Of a DNA stretch of 64,000 bases, positions 20,740-30,575 are shown piece after piece. Position numbers and translations under genes: made by a program. Under the pieces are notes generated by a model, which saw only the letters and a program-made list of their open reading frames with translations, was not told the DNA's origin and did not search any database. Source of the stretch: an uncultured Gemmatimonadales bacterium (GTDB lineage: Bacteria > Gemmatimonadota > Gemmatimonadetes > Gemmatimonadales > GWC2-71-9); assembly GCA_963771275.1 (NCBI GenBank), contig CAVYSW010000003.1, positions 928,001 through 992,000 of the forward strand, read 5' to 3'. Each line of letters opens with the position of its first letter. The stretch's first letter is position 1.

Positions 20740-21821
20740 CGGCCGGGCGCCCCCGCGTCCTGCAGGAACTGCAGCACCACGATCTCGTCGCGGCGCAGCG
20801 CGGCGGTGGGACGCTCGCGCCGGCGACCGTTCAGCTCCGGCGGGGTCGGGACGATGATGCCCTTGAGGTACGACTCGATGACGGAGGGGTGCACGTAGTA
20901 CTTCCGGCACACGGCACGGGTGTTCCCCAGCCGGCGCGCCACCTGGTCGAGCGCGCGGTTCACGTTGCGGCGCGCGTCGCGTTCCGACGTCGCGGGCCCC
21001 AGCTCCCGCAGGGCGCGCACCGCCAGCATCGTGCCGCTCCAGGTCCGGAAGTCCTTGGCCGTGACGTCACGCCGCGTGACGTGGCGCAGGTAGTCGTTCA
21101 CATCGCCAGAGTCCACGACCTGCCGCTTCCCCGCTTCGTCCACGTACTTGAACAGTTGGTGGCCCGGCAGGTCGTGCAGCTCCCGGACGATCCGCGCCAG
21201 GCGCTGGTCGGTGACCGCCACGCAGTGCTGCACGCCGCTCTTCCCGCGAAACTCGAACGTCAGCGTGTGGCCGCGCACCGCGACGTGGCGGCGCCTGAGC
21301 GTGGTGAGCCCGTACGACTTGTTGGCCTTGGTGTACTCGTCGTTGCCCACGCGAATCAGCGTCTTGTCGAGCAGCCGCACGATCGTCGCCAGGAGCTTGC
21401 GGCGCGGCAGGCCGGGGAGCGCCAGGTCGCGCGCGATCCGCTCGCGCAGCCGCGTGAGCGACTCGCTGAACGCCAGCATCCGCCCGAACTTCGATTCGTC
21501 GCGCAGCGCGCGGAACCGCGGGTGGTAGCGGTACTGCTTGCGTCCCTTGGCGTCGCGGGCCGTCGCCTGGATGTGGCCGCGCGGGTCGGGACAGATCCAC
21601 ACGTCCGTCCAGCCGGGCGGAATCGCGAGCGCCGCGAGGCGGCGCCGCTCCGCACGGTCCGCGATCAGCGTCCCCTCGGGCGCGTAGTACGCGAACCCGT
21701 GGCCCACACGTTTCCGCGTGATGCCGACCTCGCCATCGGTCACGTACTTGAGCCCCGCGGCCTGTGCCGCCGCGGCATGCGTCTCGCGCACCTCGATTGC
21801 GCCCAAGCCTGCCTCCCGCAC
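20736..21821 (-). CDS. Bacterial DNA topoisomerase IB
   Basis: AIPPGWTDVWI, QYRYH, RVGN, GKSG, KDFRTW, LGNT..VCRKYY (catalytic Tyr); start uncertain. Confidence 0.93.
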   Translation of the reverse strand: MREAGLGAIEVRETHAAAAQAAGLKYVTDGEVGITRKRVGHGFAYYAPEGTLIADRAERRRLAALAIPPGWTDVWICPDPRGHIQATARDAKGRKQYRYHPRFRALRDESKFGRMLAFSESLTRLRERIARDLALPGLPRRKLLATIVRLLDKTLIRVGNDEYTKANKSYGLTTLRRRHVAVRGHTLTFEFRGKSGVQHCVAVTDQRLARIVRELHDLPGHQLFKYVDEAGKRQVVDSGDVNDYLRHVTRRDVTAKDFRTWSGTMLAVRALRELGPATSERDARRNVNRALDQVARRLGNTRAVCRKYYVHPSVIESYLKGIIVPTPPELNGRRRERPTAALRRDEIVVLQFLQDAGAPGR

Positions 21822-22026
21822 GACCTTCGATGAGGCCCATTGTGCGACTTTCGCTGCCCGGCGCGCCAGCGTAGATCACACTTGTCCCACGGGGCGGGAC
21901 GGAGGCGGCCGGTCCCACGGCCCATCCGACCACCTTGACGATGAACCTAACCCGAATCAAAGCATCGAGTTACGGGCTAGGCACCGCGCTGCGGCAGCGC
22001 GGAGATTGCTGAGCGCAGCGCGCCGA

Positions 22027-23121
22027 TCAGCGTGACCTCGCGCCCACGCTCCCCGCGCCCGCGAGCAGCAGCAGCTCGCTCACGTTCTCGAGCGTGAGCA
22101 GCCCCACCACGATGCCGTCCCGCAGGACCGGGATCGAGTTGCACCGCGTTTCCCGCATGCGCGCCACCGCCGCTTCGAGCGGCTCGTGTTCGGTGGCCGT
22201 CTGGCAGCCAGCGCTCGCGAACTCGCCGACCCGCGCCTCGCGCCCCCGCTGCCGCAGGTGCACCACGAGCGCGGAGCGCGACAGCAGGCCGCGCAGCCGG
22301 CCGCCGGCGGTGATCGGGAAATCCTGCTGGGCTCCGGCGAGCAGCTCTTCGGCCGCGTCGCCGAGTGTCGCGTCGTCGGGCAGCATCGTGAACCGCGTCA
22401 TCATCGCGTCCCGCACGCTGAGCCCTTCGAGCGCCACCCGGGTCTCGGTCTGCTGCGCCTCGGACTGTGCGCCGAGGTAGACGAACAGCGCGATGAACAG
22501 CAGGAACGGGTTCGGGATCATGAGCCCCGCGAATCCGAACAGCACGGCCATGCCGGTGCCGGCGTTCGCCGCGATGCGTGTGGCGCGCGCGTAGGGGAGC
22601 TTGAGCGCGAGCAGGGCGCGCAGCACACGCCCGCCGTCCATCGGGAAGGCGGGGAGCAGGTTGAACCCCACGAGCACCACGTTGACGGCCAGCAGCGTGC
22701 CAAGGAAGCTGCCGCCCACGCGGGCGGCGTCCGCCAGCGGTGGCAGCGTGCCGTTGGCGAGCAGCACGGCCCACAGCACGGCCGCGATCCCCACGTTCAC
22801 GGCGGGACCGGCAATCGCCACCAGCAGCTCCTGGCGCGGGTCGTCGGGCATGCGCTCGAGCCGAGCGACCCCACCGATCGGGAGCAGGGTGATGTCCCGG
22901 GTCAGAATCCCAAACCGCCGCGCGGTGAGCGCGTGCCCCAGCTCGTGGAGGATCACGCACCCGAACACCGCCAGCACCAGCGCCACACCCACCGCGACCT
23001 GGGCGGCGTTGGCACCCTGCGACGCGTGCTGCACCACCACCCAGGCAATCAGGATCAGAAACGTCCAGTGCACCTGGAGCCGGATGCCAGCGACCTGGCC
23101 CAGCGACCACGACCCCCGCAT
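22027..23121 (-). CDS. Site-2 protease (M50) with CBS domains
   Basis: HELGH, AGPAVN, FNLLPAFPMDGG, C-terminal CBS pair; GGAGG RBS. Confidence 0.92.
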   Translation of the reverse strand: MRGSWSLGQVAGIRLQVHWTFLILIAWVVVQHASQGANAAQVAVGVALVLAVFGCVILHELGHALTARRFGILTRDITLLPIGGVARLERMPDDPRQELLVAIAGPAVNVGIAAVLWAVLLANGTLPPLADAARVGGSFLGTLLAVNVVLVGFNLLPAFPMDGGRVLRALLALKLPYARATRIAANAGTGMAVLFGFAGLMIPNPFLLFIALFVYLGAQSEAQQTETRVALEGLSVRDAMMTRFTMLPDDATLGDAAEELLAGAQQDFPITAGGRLRGLLSRSALVVHLRQRGREARVGEFASAGCQTATEHEPLEAAVARMRETRCNSIPVLRDGIVVGLLTLENVSELLLLAGAGSVGARSR

Positions 23122-23188
23122 CGTCACACCTCCCTCGGCTGAGGACCCCGCGCGGGCGCGTGCCCGTTCCGGAATGTATTATGACCGC

Positions 23189-24577
23189 ATGAACTCAGCC
23201 TCGATTCGCTTCCTCGGCGCGGCCGGGACGGTCACCGGCTCCAGGCATCTCGTGGACACCGGTGAGAGCCAGCTGCTGCTCGACTGCGGTCTGTTCCAGG
23301 GACTCAAGGACCTGCGAGAGCGCAACTGGTCGCCGCCGCCGATCGATCTCCAACGGCTCTCGGCCGTTGTCGTGAGTCACGCGCACATCGACCACACGGG
23401 TTACCTCCCCGTGCTGGTGCGCCACGGGTACGGCGGCCCGATTCACTGCACGCCGGCCACCGCGGACCTGCTGAAGCTCGTCCTGCCCGATTCCGCGTAC
23501 CTCCAGCAAGAGCAGGCGGAGTACGCCAACTACCGCGGCTTCTCGCGCCACAAGCCGGCACTGCCGTTGTGCACGGTGGAGGATGCGCAGCAGGCACTCG
23601 CGCTGCTCGAGATCCACGGCTACGACCAGCCGTTCGAGCCGGCGCGCGGCGTGCGCGTCACCTACCGCCCCGCGGGCCACATCCTGGGCTCGGCGAGCGT
23701 GAGCCTGGAGATCGGCCCGCACAGCACACGGCTGACGTTCTCCGGCGACCTCGGCCGTTGGGACCGCCCCGTACTGCCCGACCCTGCCCCCGTGGAGGAA
23801 GCGGACGTCCTGCTGCTGGAGTCCACGTACGGCAACAAGCTCCACCCGCCCCAGGGGGCCGAGGACCTCGCGCGCATCGTGCGCGATGCGGCCGCCCGCG
23901 GGGGCGCGCTCGTCATTCCCGCCTTCGCCGTGGGCCGCACCCAGGAGATCCTCTGGAATCTGCGATCGCTGGAGGGAAGCGGAGACATTCCCGTGTTGCC
24001 GGTGTACGTCGACAGCCCGATGGCGATCGAGGCGACGGACGTCTATCGCACCCACCGGGAAGACCACGACGAGGAGATGACGAAGCTGATGGCCGCGGGC
24101 GTCCGCCCGTTCGCCACGCGTCAGTTCTCCCTCGCGCCGTCGCGCCAGGAATCGATCAAGCTCAACGACGTGCGCGGGCCGGTGATCATCATCTCCGCGA
24201 GCGGGATGGCCACCGGCGGCCGCATCCTTCACCATCTCTCCCTCCGGCTCCCCGACACGCGCACCACCGTGCTGCTCGTCGGCTTTCAGGCGGAAGGCAC
24301 CCGCGGTCGTGCCCTGCAGGAAGGCGCGCGCCACGTCCGGATCCACGGGCACGACGTGCAGGTCCGCGCGCACGTCGAGACGCTGGACGGGCTGTCCGCT
24401 CACGCGGATCAGTCGGAGATCTTCCGCTGGCTGGCGGGATTCCGCCGGCCGCCCAAGGCCGTCTATCTGGTGCACGGCGAGCCGAATGCCGCGCAAGCTC
24501 TGGCGACGGCGATCCACGAGCGGCTCGGCTGGCCGGTGCGGCCGGCGCGCGATGGGGAGAAGGTGCCGTTGATGTAG
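23189..24577 (+). CDS. MBL-fold beta-CASP hydrolase (putative RNase)
   Basis: GAAGTVTGS, DCGLFQG, SHAHIDH, AGHILG, ESTYG, FAVGRTQE, SAHAD, HGE. Confidence 0.92.
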   Translation: MNSASIRFLGAAGTVTGSRHLVDTGESQLLLDCGLFQGLKDLRERNWSPPPIDLQRLSAVVVSHAHIDHTGYLPVLVRHGYGGPIHCTPATADLLKLVLPDSAYLQQEQAEYANYRGFSRHKPALPLCTVEDAQQALALLEIHGYDQPFEPARGVRVTYRPAGHILGSASVSLEIGPHSTRLTFSGDLGRWDRPVLPDPAPVEEADVLLLESTYGNKLHPPQGAEDLARIVRDAAARGGALVIPAFAVGRTQEILWNLRSLEGSGDIPVLPVYVDSPMAIEATDVYRTHREDHDEEMTKLMAAGVRPFATRQFSLAPSRQESIKLNDVRGPVIIISASGMATGGRILHHLSLRLPDTRTTVLLVGFQAEGTRGRALQEGARHVRIHGHDVQVRAHVETLDGLSAHADQSEIFRWLAGFRRPPKAVYLVHGEPNAAQALATAIHERLGWPVRPARDGEKVPLM

Positions 24578-24579
24578 AG

Positions 24580-24632
24580 GAGAAACGGGAACCAGGAAAC
24601 GAGAAGCGTCCGTTCCCCTTTCTCGTTTCCCG
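24580..24632. repeat. Inverted heptamer arrays
   Basis: GAGAAAC-GGGAACC-AGGAAAC-GAGAAGC then CGTTCCC-CTTTCTC-GTTTCCC. Confidence 0.55.
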
Positions 24633-24653
24633 GATTCGATGAGGGAGACCACC

Positions 24654-26288
24654 ATGGAACGACGCGAACTTCCCCGACGCGAGTTCCTCACGATGCTCGC
24701 GGCTGCATTCCCCGTCGCCGCCTTCGACTGGAACGCCTTCCCCCGCGGGCACACCCGCACGCGCGCGGCCAATGACTACGACGCCATCGTGATCGGCTCG
24801 GGGCTCGGCGGGCTCTCGTGCGCCGCGGCGTTCGCACGCCAGGGGTTCAGGCCGCTCGTGATCGAGCAACACGACAAGCCGGGCGGCTTCGCCACCGCGT
24901 TCGCGCGGCCCGGCGGGTTCCTGTTCGACGTCTCCCTCCACTCGACCACCGTGAGCCCGCGGGACGGCGTCTACAACCTCGTCACCGGCTTCCCCGAGAT
25001 CACCGAGGTCGAGTTTCTCCCCCATCCCACCCTGTTTCGCGCGATCTATCCGGAGCACGATCTCCGCGTAGCCCAGCGGAATCCCGAGGCCTACGTCAAC
25101 CTGCTCACCGGCCTGTTCCCGGACGAGCGCGGGGGGATCGCAGGGCTGTTCGCGGACATGGCGGGTCTCGCCGGCGAGGTCGGCCGGCTGTCGAACGCCG
25201 GCGGCCAGGTCGACATGAGCCGCTTTCCGATCGAGTACCCGCACATCTTCGAGTACAACGGCAAGACGTGGGGCGAGATGGTCGACACGAGCATCCGGAA
25301 CCCGCGCCTCAAGGCGATCGTGTCGGGGCAGTGGGGCTACTACGGGCTCCCCCCCTCCAAGCTGTCGTGCTTCTACTACGCCATGCCGTTCATGGGATAC
25401 CTCAGCGCGGGGGGCTTCTACCCCAAGGGACGGTCCCAGGACATCTCCTCGGCGCTGGCCCGCTACATCGAGGCACACGGCGGGAAGGTCCTGCTCAACA
25501 CGCGGGTCGAGCGGATCCTGCTCGACGGCCAGGCCGCGACCGGGGTGGCCACGGCCGATGGGACCCCATTCACCAGCCGAGTGGTCGTGTCGAACGCCGA
25601 TCCGTTCGCCACGTTCACGCGGATGATCGCGGATCAGTCGGCCCTGGCGGAGTACGAGGCGGCGTGGCAGCGCTACAGCGTGAGCCTGTCGTGCTTCCAG
25701 GTATTCCTCGGCTTGAAGCGCGATCTGGTTGGCAAGCTCGGCATCACCGATTCCGAGATCTTCGTCGAGCCGGGCTACGATCCCGAGGCCGGCTACGCGC
25801 ATGCGCTGGCGGGAGAGGTGGAGCACGGCGGATTCGGCGTCACGCTGTACGACGCCATCTATCGCGGGTATTCCCCGCCGGGCAAGAACACCGTCAACAT
25901 CCTCACACTCCAGGGCTACGGGCCCTGGGAGAAGTTCGCGCCGGACTACTTCGCCGGGCGGAAGGCCGCGTACAACAAGGAGAAGGAGCGGATGGCCGAC
26001 GTGCTGATCCGCAAGGCCGAGCGGACTCTGCTCCCCGGGCTGTCGGACGCGATCGAGGTGAAGGAGATCGGCACCCCGCTCACCAACGTGCGCTATACCG
26101 GCCACCACCGGGGGGCGATCTACGGCTGGGACCAGACGGTGAGCAATTCGGGCTCAACCCGCGTCGGCCACGCGACGCCGATTGAGAACCTCTACCTGGC
26201 GGGAGCGTGGTCCCGTCCCGGGCACGGCTACGGCGCCGTCATCCCGAGCGGCCTCGAGTGCTTCGCCGAGATCGTCCGGACGTGGTGA
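24654..26288 (+). CDS. Phytoene desaturase/retinol saturase-like FAD oxidoreductase with Tat signal
   Basis: PRREFL Tat motif, IGSGLGG, EQHDKPGG, TPLT..RYT...GAIYG, LYLAG..PGHG. Confidence 0.85.
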   Translation: MERRELPRREFLTMLAAAFPVAAFDWNAFPRGHTRTRAANDYDAIVIGSGLGGLSCAAAFARQGFRPLVIEQHDKPGGFATAFARPGGFLFDVSLHSTTVSPRDGVYNLVTGFPEITEVEFLPHPTLFRAIYPEHDLRVAQRNPEAYVNLLTGLFPDERGGIAGLFADMAGLAGEVGRLSNAGGQVDMSRFPIEYPHIFEYNGKTWGEMVDTSIRNPRLKAIVSGQWGYYGLPPSKLSCFYYAMPFMGYLSAGGFYPKGRSQDISSALARYIEAHGGKVLLNTRVERILLDGQAATGVATADGTPFTSRVVVSNADPFATFTRMIADQSALAEYEAAWQRYSVSLSCFQVFLGLKRDLVGKLGITDSEIFVEPGYDPEAGYAHALAGEVEHGGFGVTLYDAIYRGYSPPGKNTVNILTLQGYGPWEKFAPDYFAGRKAAYNKEKERMADVLIRKAERTLLPGLSDAIEVKEIGTPLTNVRYTGHHRGAIYGWDQTVSNSGSTRVGHATPIENLYLAGAWSRPGHGYGAVIPSGLECFAEIVRTW

Positions 26289-26365
26289 GCGCCGCGCATA
26301 GCAGTTGCGGATTCTCCGCGAATTCCCAATGGTGATAGACTGAATCTTCGGCTTTGGGGGCTGCG

Positions 26366-26815
26366 ATGCATCCACGATGTTCCGCATTCAGCAACGGTGT
26401 CGCTCGCCTGGTGGGGCTGTGGGCCATCGCTGCGGCGCTCATCTCATTCCCGCCTCGAGTGGCCGGGGCGCAGCGTCTGCCGGCGTTCGTGCCACCCGCG
26501 GGGATGGCGAGTGCCCCACTCAGGCCGTCGCTGCCACAGGACAGCGTGCCGCGACCGAAGCCGCGGACCTACTGGCTCCCCGGCGCCATCCTCGGCACCG
26601 CCGTGTTCGGCTTGCTCGGCGCGTCGTTCGGCGCCGGCTTTTGCGGCTCTGACGACGCGGCGCAGTCGGGCGGATCGTGCGTGTTGGCTGGGGCGGAGGG
26701 GTTCCTGATCGGCGCGGCCGTGGGGTTTCCGCTCGGCGGGCTGATCGGCGGCGCCTTCCCCAGGAAACCGCGCGCCGCCCCGGCGGAGACTCCTCCCGGG
26801 CAACTTCGGCCGTGA
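26366..26815 (+). CDS. Hypothetical exported/membrane protein with glycine-zipper helices
   Basis: Signal-like N-terminus, GAILG...GFLIGAAVGFPLGGLIGG; start uncertain. Confidence 0.6.
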   Translation: MHPRCSAFSNGVARLVGLWAIAAALISFPPRVAGAQRLPAFVPPAGMASAPLRPSLPQDSVPRPKPRTYWLPGAILGTAVFGLLGASFGAGFCGSDDAAQSGGSCVLAGAEGFLIGAAVGFPLGGLIGGAFPRKPRAAPAETPPGQLRP

Positions 26816-27100
26816 CAGGCGGGCGCCTACCGGCTGCAGCCGATCTGCGTCGATGACCTGGCGGCGCTCGCGGTGCGCTGCGGGGCGCAATCGGGCACGG
26901 TCACGCACGACGTCGTGATCACACGGGACGAGATCCGCGGACTGATGCCCGGCCTGCTCCATGTCGCCAGCCCGCCGACGGGGACAACTGCGCTCATGCA
27001 ATGGGCACGGGCCCACCGCGCGGGGCTTGGGCTTCGCTACGCCAGCGAGCTTGCTCGCCGGCACCGGACGGGCACGACGACCCAGGAGATATCGCGATGA
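26816..27100 (+). pseudogene. C-terminal remnant of an NDUFA9-like NAD(P)-binding epimerase with internal deletion
   Basis: YRLQPICVDDLAALAV joined almost directly to DVVITRDEIRGLM...LGLRYASELARR; no N-terminal Rossmann domain. Confidence 0.6.
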
Positions 27101-27495
27101 CGCGCTCGAGACTCGCCATGACCACGGCGTTGCTGGCGGCGGCCTGCGCCGGCGCGGCACCCCCGCCGCCCGCGCCGATCGGCGCGGTGCGGACCAGCCT
27201 CCGCGCCGTGGCCTCGGCACAAGAACGTTACTGGCGCGATCACGGGACGTACGCCACCGGCGTGGCGGAGTTGATGCGCTACCCGGGCTGCCGGGTCCAG
27301 CCCGGGGTGACGATCACCATCCACGCGGCCACGGCGAAAGGCTGGGCGGCGTCGGGAACCCATCCCGGATTGGCGGACCGGAGCTGCGTGCAATGGGTGT
27401 CGGAACCGGGTGGGGTCCCGGTGCCGATCACACAACACGATGGCCGCCGCGGCGACGAGGAGCCCGGCGGGGTCGTCTGCGACGCCGAGCCGTAG
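27097..27495 (+). CDS. Lipoprotein with type IV pilin-like globular domain
   Basis: Lipobox LLAAA-C; VRTSLRAVASAQERYWRDHGTYA...GVTITIHAATAKGWAASGTH...SC; AGGAG RBS. Confidence 0.6.
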   Translation: MTRSRLAMTTALLAAACAGAAPPPPAPIGAVRTSLRAVASAQERYWRDHGTYATGVAELMRYPGCRVQPGVTITIHAATAKGWAASGTHPGLADRSCVQWVSEPGGVPVPITQHDGRRGDEEPGGVVCDAEP

Positions 27496-27510
27496 ACCGA
27501 GCTCACCACC

Positions 27511-28704
27511 ATGCGCCGCTTTGTCACCCACGCTTTCCGACTGGCAGCCACCGGCGCCGTCCTTCAAGGTGCCGCCTGCGATCGCGCCCGTCTTACCGAT
27601 TTCCGACTTGCACGCGTCGATACCCTGCCCGGCGGAGTGGTCGTCGTGTCGAACCCGGCCAAGGGACTGTGGGCCTCCACCACTGCCTGGCGGCTGGAGG
27701 AAGACTTGCGCCTCGGCGCGGCCGAAGGCGATCCCATGGAGACGTTCGGCAGAGTCACGGGGCTTCAACTCGACCCGGCCGGGCGGATCTACGTGCTCGA
27801 TGGCGTATCGCAGGAGATCCGGGTGTTCGATCGAGAGGGGCGGTTCGAGCGCCTCATCGGACGCAAAGGCTCCGGCCCCGGGGAGTTCAAAGAGGGCATC
27901 GGGATGAGTTGGGATCCCCGGGGGAATCTCTGGGTCGCGGATCAGGGCAACGCCCGGTTCACGGTGTTCGACGCCGAAACCGGCGCGGCTCGCACGAAGC
28001 CCCGCCCGATGAACACGTTCACCTTCGCCTGGCGTGGCGGGATCACGGAGGGCGGGGCGATCTACGATTTCGCCCTCATTCGACGGGGCACGGCCTACCG
28101 CGAGGCCGTCATGCGGTACGACACGAGCGGCTCCTTCAGCGACACGCTCCTGCTTCCCGAGTTCACCGAGTCGACGTTCGATATTCGCGCCGAGAAGATG
28201 CAGGCCGTGGTAGCGGTGCCGTACGCTCCCCGTCGCGTCTGGCAGCTCGACCCGAGGGGGTACGTCTGGATCGGCGTGGCGAATCGCTACGAGATCGTCC
28301 AGCAGACCCTCGCGGGTGACACGGCGCGGATCGTGAAGCGAGCCTGGGATCCCATTCCGGTGGAGGACGCCGAGCGGGACTCCGCCATCGCGGCGCTCGA
28401 GCGCTCCTTTTCCGGCTACCGGGCGGACGCATCGAGGGTGCCCCGCTCCAAGCCCGCCTTCGAGCGCTTCGATCTGGACGACCACGCGTACCTGTGGGTC
28501 GCCACGCCACGCCAGCGCGGGGTGCCCGGCACCGCGTTCGACGTGTTCGACCCGGACGGCCTGTTCCTCGGCACGGTGGCCGTCCCCACCGCCATCTCCT
28601 GGTATGCCCCGCTCGTGATCCGCGGCGGCTCGCTTCTCACCGTCACCACCGACGAGGCCGGCGTCGAATATGTGGTGCGGGTTCGGATCGGGGGAAGACG
28701 ATAA
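27511..28704 (+). CDS. 6-bladed beta-propeller (NHL-like) lipoprotein
   Basis: Lipobox GAA-C, GRIYVLD, GRKGSGPGEF, FDVFDPDGLFLG. Confidence 0.85.
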   Translation: MRRFVTHAFRLAATGAVLQGAACDRARLTDFRLARVDTLPGGVVVVSNPAKGLWASTTAWRLEEDLRLGAAEGDPMETFGRVTGLQLDPAGRIYVLDGVSQEIRVFDREGRFERLIGRKGSGPGEFKEGIGMSWDPRGNLWVADQGNARFTVFDAETGAARTKPRPMNTFTFAWRGGITEGGAIYDFALIRRGTAYREAVMRYDTSGSFSDTLLLPEFTESTFDIRAEKMQAVVAVPYAPRRVWQLDPRGYVWIGVANRYEIVQQTLAGDTARIVKRAWDPIPVEDAERDSAIAALERSFSGYRADASRVPRSKPAFERFDLDDHAYLWVATPRQRGVPGTAFDVFDPDGLFLGTVAVPTAISWYAPLVIRGGSLLTVTTDEAGVEYVVRVRIGGRR

Positions 28705-28797
28705 GGCGGATATCCCGCTCCCTTGCGCTTTTCCCCCGCGCACCTGATTCTGTCCGGGTAGGCACGGCCACCCAGCGGCCCACAGGCGGGTTCCACC

Positions 28798-29445
28798 ATG
28801 CTTCCTCTGTCGCGCTACGTCGGCGACTGCGTCACACGACGACTCCTCGTGAGCTCGCCGATCCGGGATGTCTACTGGACGCCGTCGCTCGCCCAGCAGC
28901 TCGGCGGAGCCGGCCGCGGGCCGGGGCCGCTCCTCGGACTCGGCGATTTCTTCGTCGGGACGTACGAGAGCCTCAAGAACGCCAAGGCGACCGCCCAGGT
29001 GTTCACGAAAGGGATGTGGGCGGGAAGCGAGATTCACCACATCGTCGAGAACTACCACCTGCAGTTTCTCGGTGTGGTGGAGCCGATCAACGATCAGACC
29101 TATGCGTACCAGGAACCGTGCGTGCTGCTCGGGAAGAAGCACCACGACACCCACGTGGATAACATCGTCGGTGGCGCCGAGGACGTGGTGCTGGAGACCA
29201 AGCCGTTCAATTTCCTGGAGGCATTCCGTGACGCCAACCCTGGAATCTCCAGCCTGTCGCGCACCGAGCAGGGGCGCCGCCGCGCGGACTGGGTGCGGAC
29301 CGAGGAGCGGGGGCGCCCGCCCCGTGTGACGCGGCAGCAGATTCGCGATTGGCTGGTGGAGCTGTACCGGTTCGCGTATCAGGAACCGGAGCTGCAGCCG
29401 TTGCGCCTGATCGCTACGGCGGTGCTGCAGGGCATGCGCCTCTAG
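28798..29445 (+). CDS. Hypothetical protein, possible HNH-fold nuclease domain
   Basis: VGTY..L, EIHHIV, PCVLL...HH..H pattern; 215 aa ORF between two same-strand genes. Confidence 0.55.
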   Translation: MLPLSRYVGDCVTRRLLVSSPIRDVYWTPSLAQQLGGAGRGPGPLLGLGDFFVGTYESLKNAKATAQVFTKGMWAGSEIHHIVENYHLQFLGVVEPINDQTYAYQEPCVLLGKKHHDTHVDNIVGGAEDVVLETKPFNFLEAFRDANPGISSLSRTEQGRRRADWVRTEERGRPPRVTRQQIRDWLVELYRFAYQEPELQPLRLIATAVLQGMRL

Positions 29446-29570
29446 GCGGTGCCCACGGGTTGCGGAACCAACTGGTCGGCCTTCGAGTAGCAGCGAGGGG
29501 TCGTCCCCAGCTCAGCGGCGCCTGCTCGGCCAGACCAACCCGCTGATTCACATCCTTTCAGGAGATCACC

Positions 29571-30521
29571 GTGGCTGACAGGAAGATCATCGCGGTCGTC
29601 GGCGCGACCGGCGCTCAGGGTGGCGGCGTGGTGCGCGCCATCTTGAACGACAGAGACACGCGCTTTGCCGCGCGGGCAATCACCCGAGACGTGCACTCCG
29701 ACAAGGCCAAGGCGCTGGCGGCATCGGGCGCCGAAGTCGTCGCCGGCGACGTCGATGACCTCGCTTCACTGCAGCGGGCCTTCGCCGGTGCCTACGGCGC
29801 GTTTTGCGTCACGCCGTTCTGGGCCCACATGTCGCCCGCGAAGGAGATGGCGGAGGCGCGGAACCTCGCCCAGGCCGCCAAGCACGCCGGCGTCCAGCAC
29901 GTCATCTGGTCGACGCTCGAAGACACCCGCAAGTGGGTGCCGCTCGACGACCCTCGCATGCCGACCTTGCAGGGCAAGTACAAGGTCCCCCACTACGACG
30001 TCAAAGGTGAGGCCAACAAGCTGTTCACCGACCTCGGCGTACCGACCACGCTGCTCCAGACGTCGTTCTACTGGGAGAACCTCATCTATTTCGGCGCGGG
30101 CCCCAAGCCTGGCCCGGACGGCACCCTGGCGATCACCATGCCGATGGGGGACAAGCGGCTCCCGGGCATGGCGTCCGAGGATATCGGCAAGTGCGCCTAC
30201 GCGATCTTCACGGGCGGTCCGGAGTACGTCGGCAAGACCATCAGCATCGCGGGCGAGAAGCTCACGGGAGAGCAGATGGCGACGGCGCTCACCAAGGCGC
30301 TCGGCCGCACGGTGCGCTACAATGACGTCCCGCCCGAGGTCTACCGCGGCTTCGGGTTCCCCGGCGCCGACGAGATGGGCAACATGTTCCAGTTCAAGCG
30401 GGACTTCGAGAAGGACTACTGCGGCGTGCGCGACCTGGCGGTTGCCCGGAAGCTCAACCCGGCGCTCCAGACCTTCGCGCAGTGGCTGGCCCAGAACAAG
30501 AGTCGCATCCCGCTCGAGTAG
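29571..30521 (+). CDS. NmrA/HSCARG family protein
   Basis: [33 protein letters not shown] before GTG. Confidence 0.92.
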   Translation: MADRKIIAVVGATGAQGGGVVRAILNDRDTRFAARAITRDVHSDKAKALAASGAEVVAGDVDDLASLQRAFAGAYGAFCVTPFWAHMSPAKEMAEARNLAQAAKHAGVQHVIWSTLEDTRKWVPLDDPRMPTLQGKYKVPHYDVKGEANKLFTDLGVPTTLLQTSFYWENLIYFGAGPKPGPDGTLAITMPMGDKRLPGMASEDIGKCAYAIFTGGPEYVGKTISIAGEKLTGEQMATALTKALGRTVRYNDVPPEVYRGFGFPGADEMGNMFQFKRDFEKDYCGVRDLAVARKLNPALQTFAQWLAQNKSRIPLE

Positions 30522-30575
30522 CTGAGCGCTGCGGGGAGGCGCGACGCACGCCGCGCCTCCCACGCACCGTGGCCC

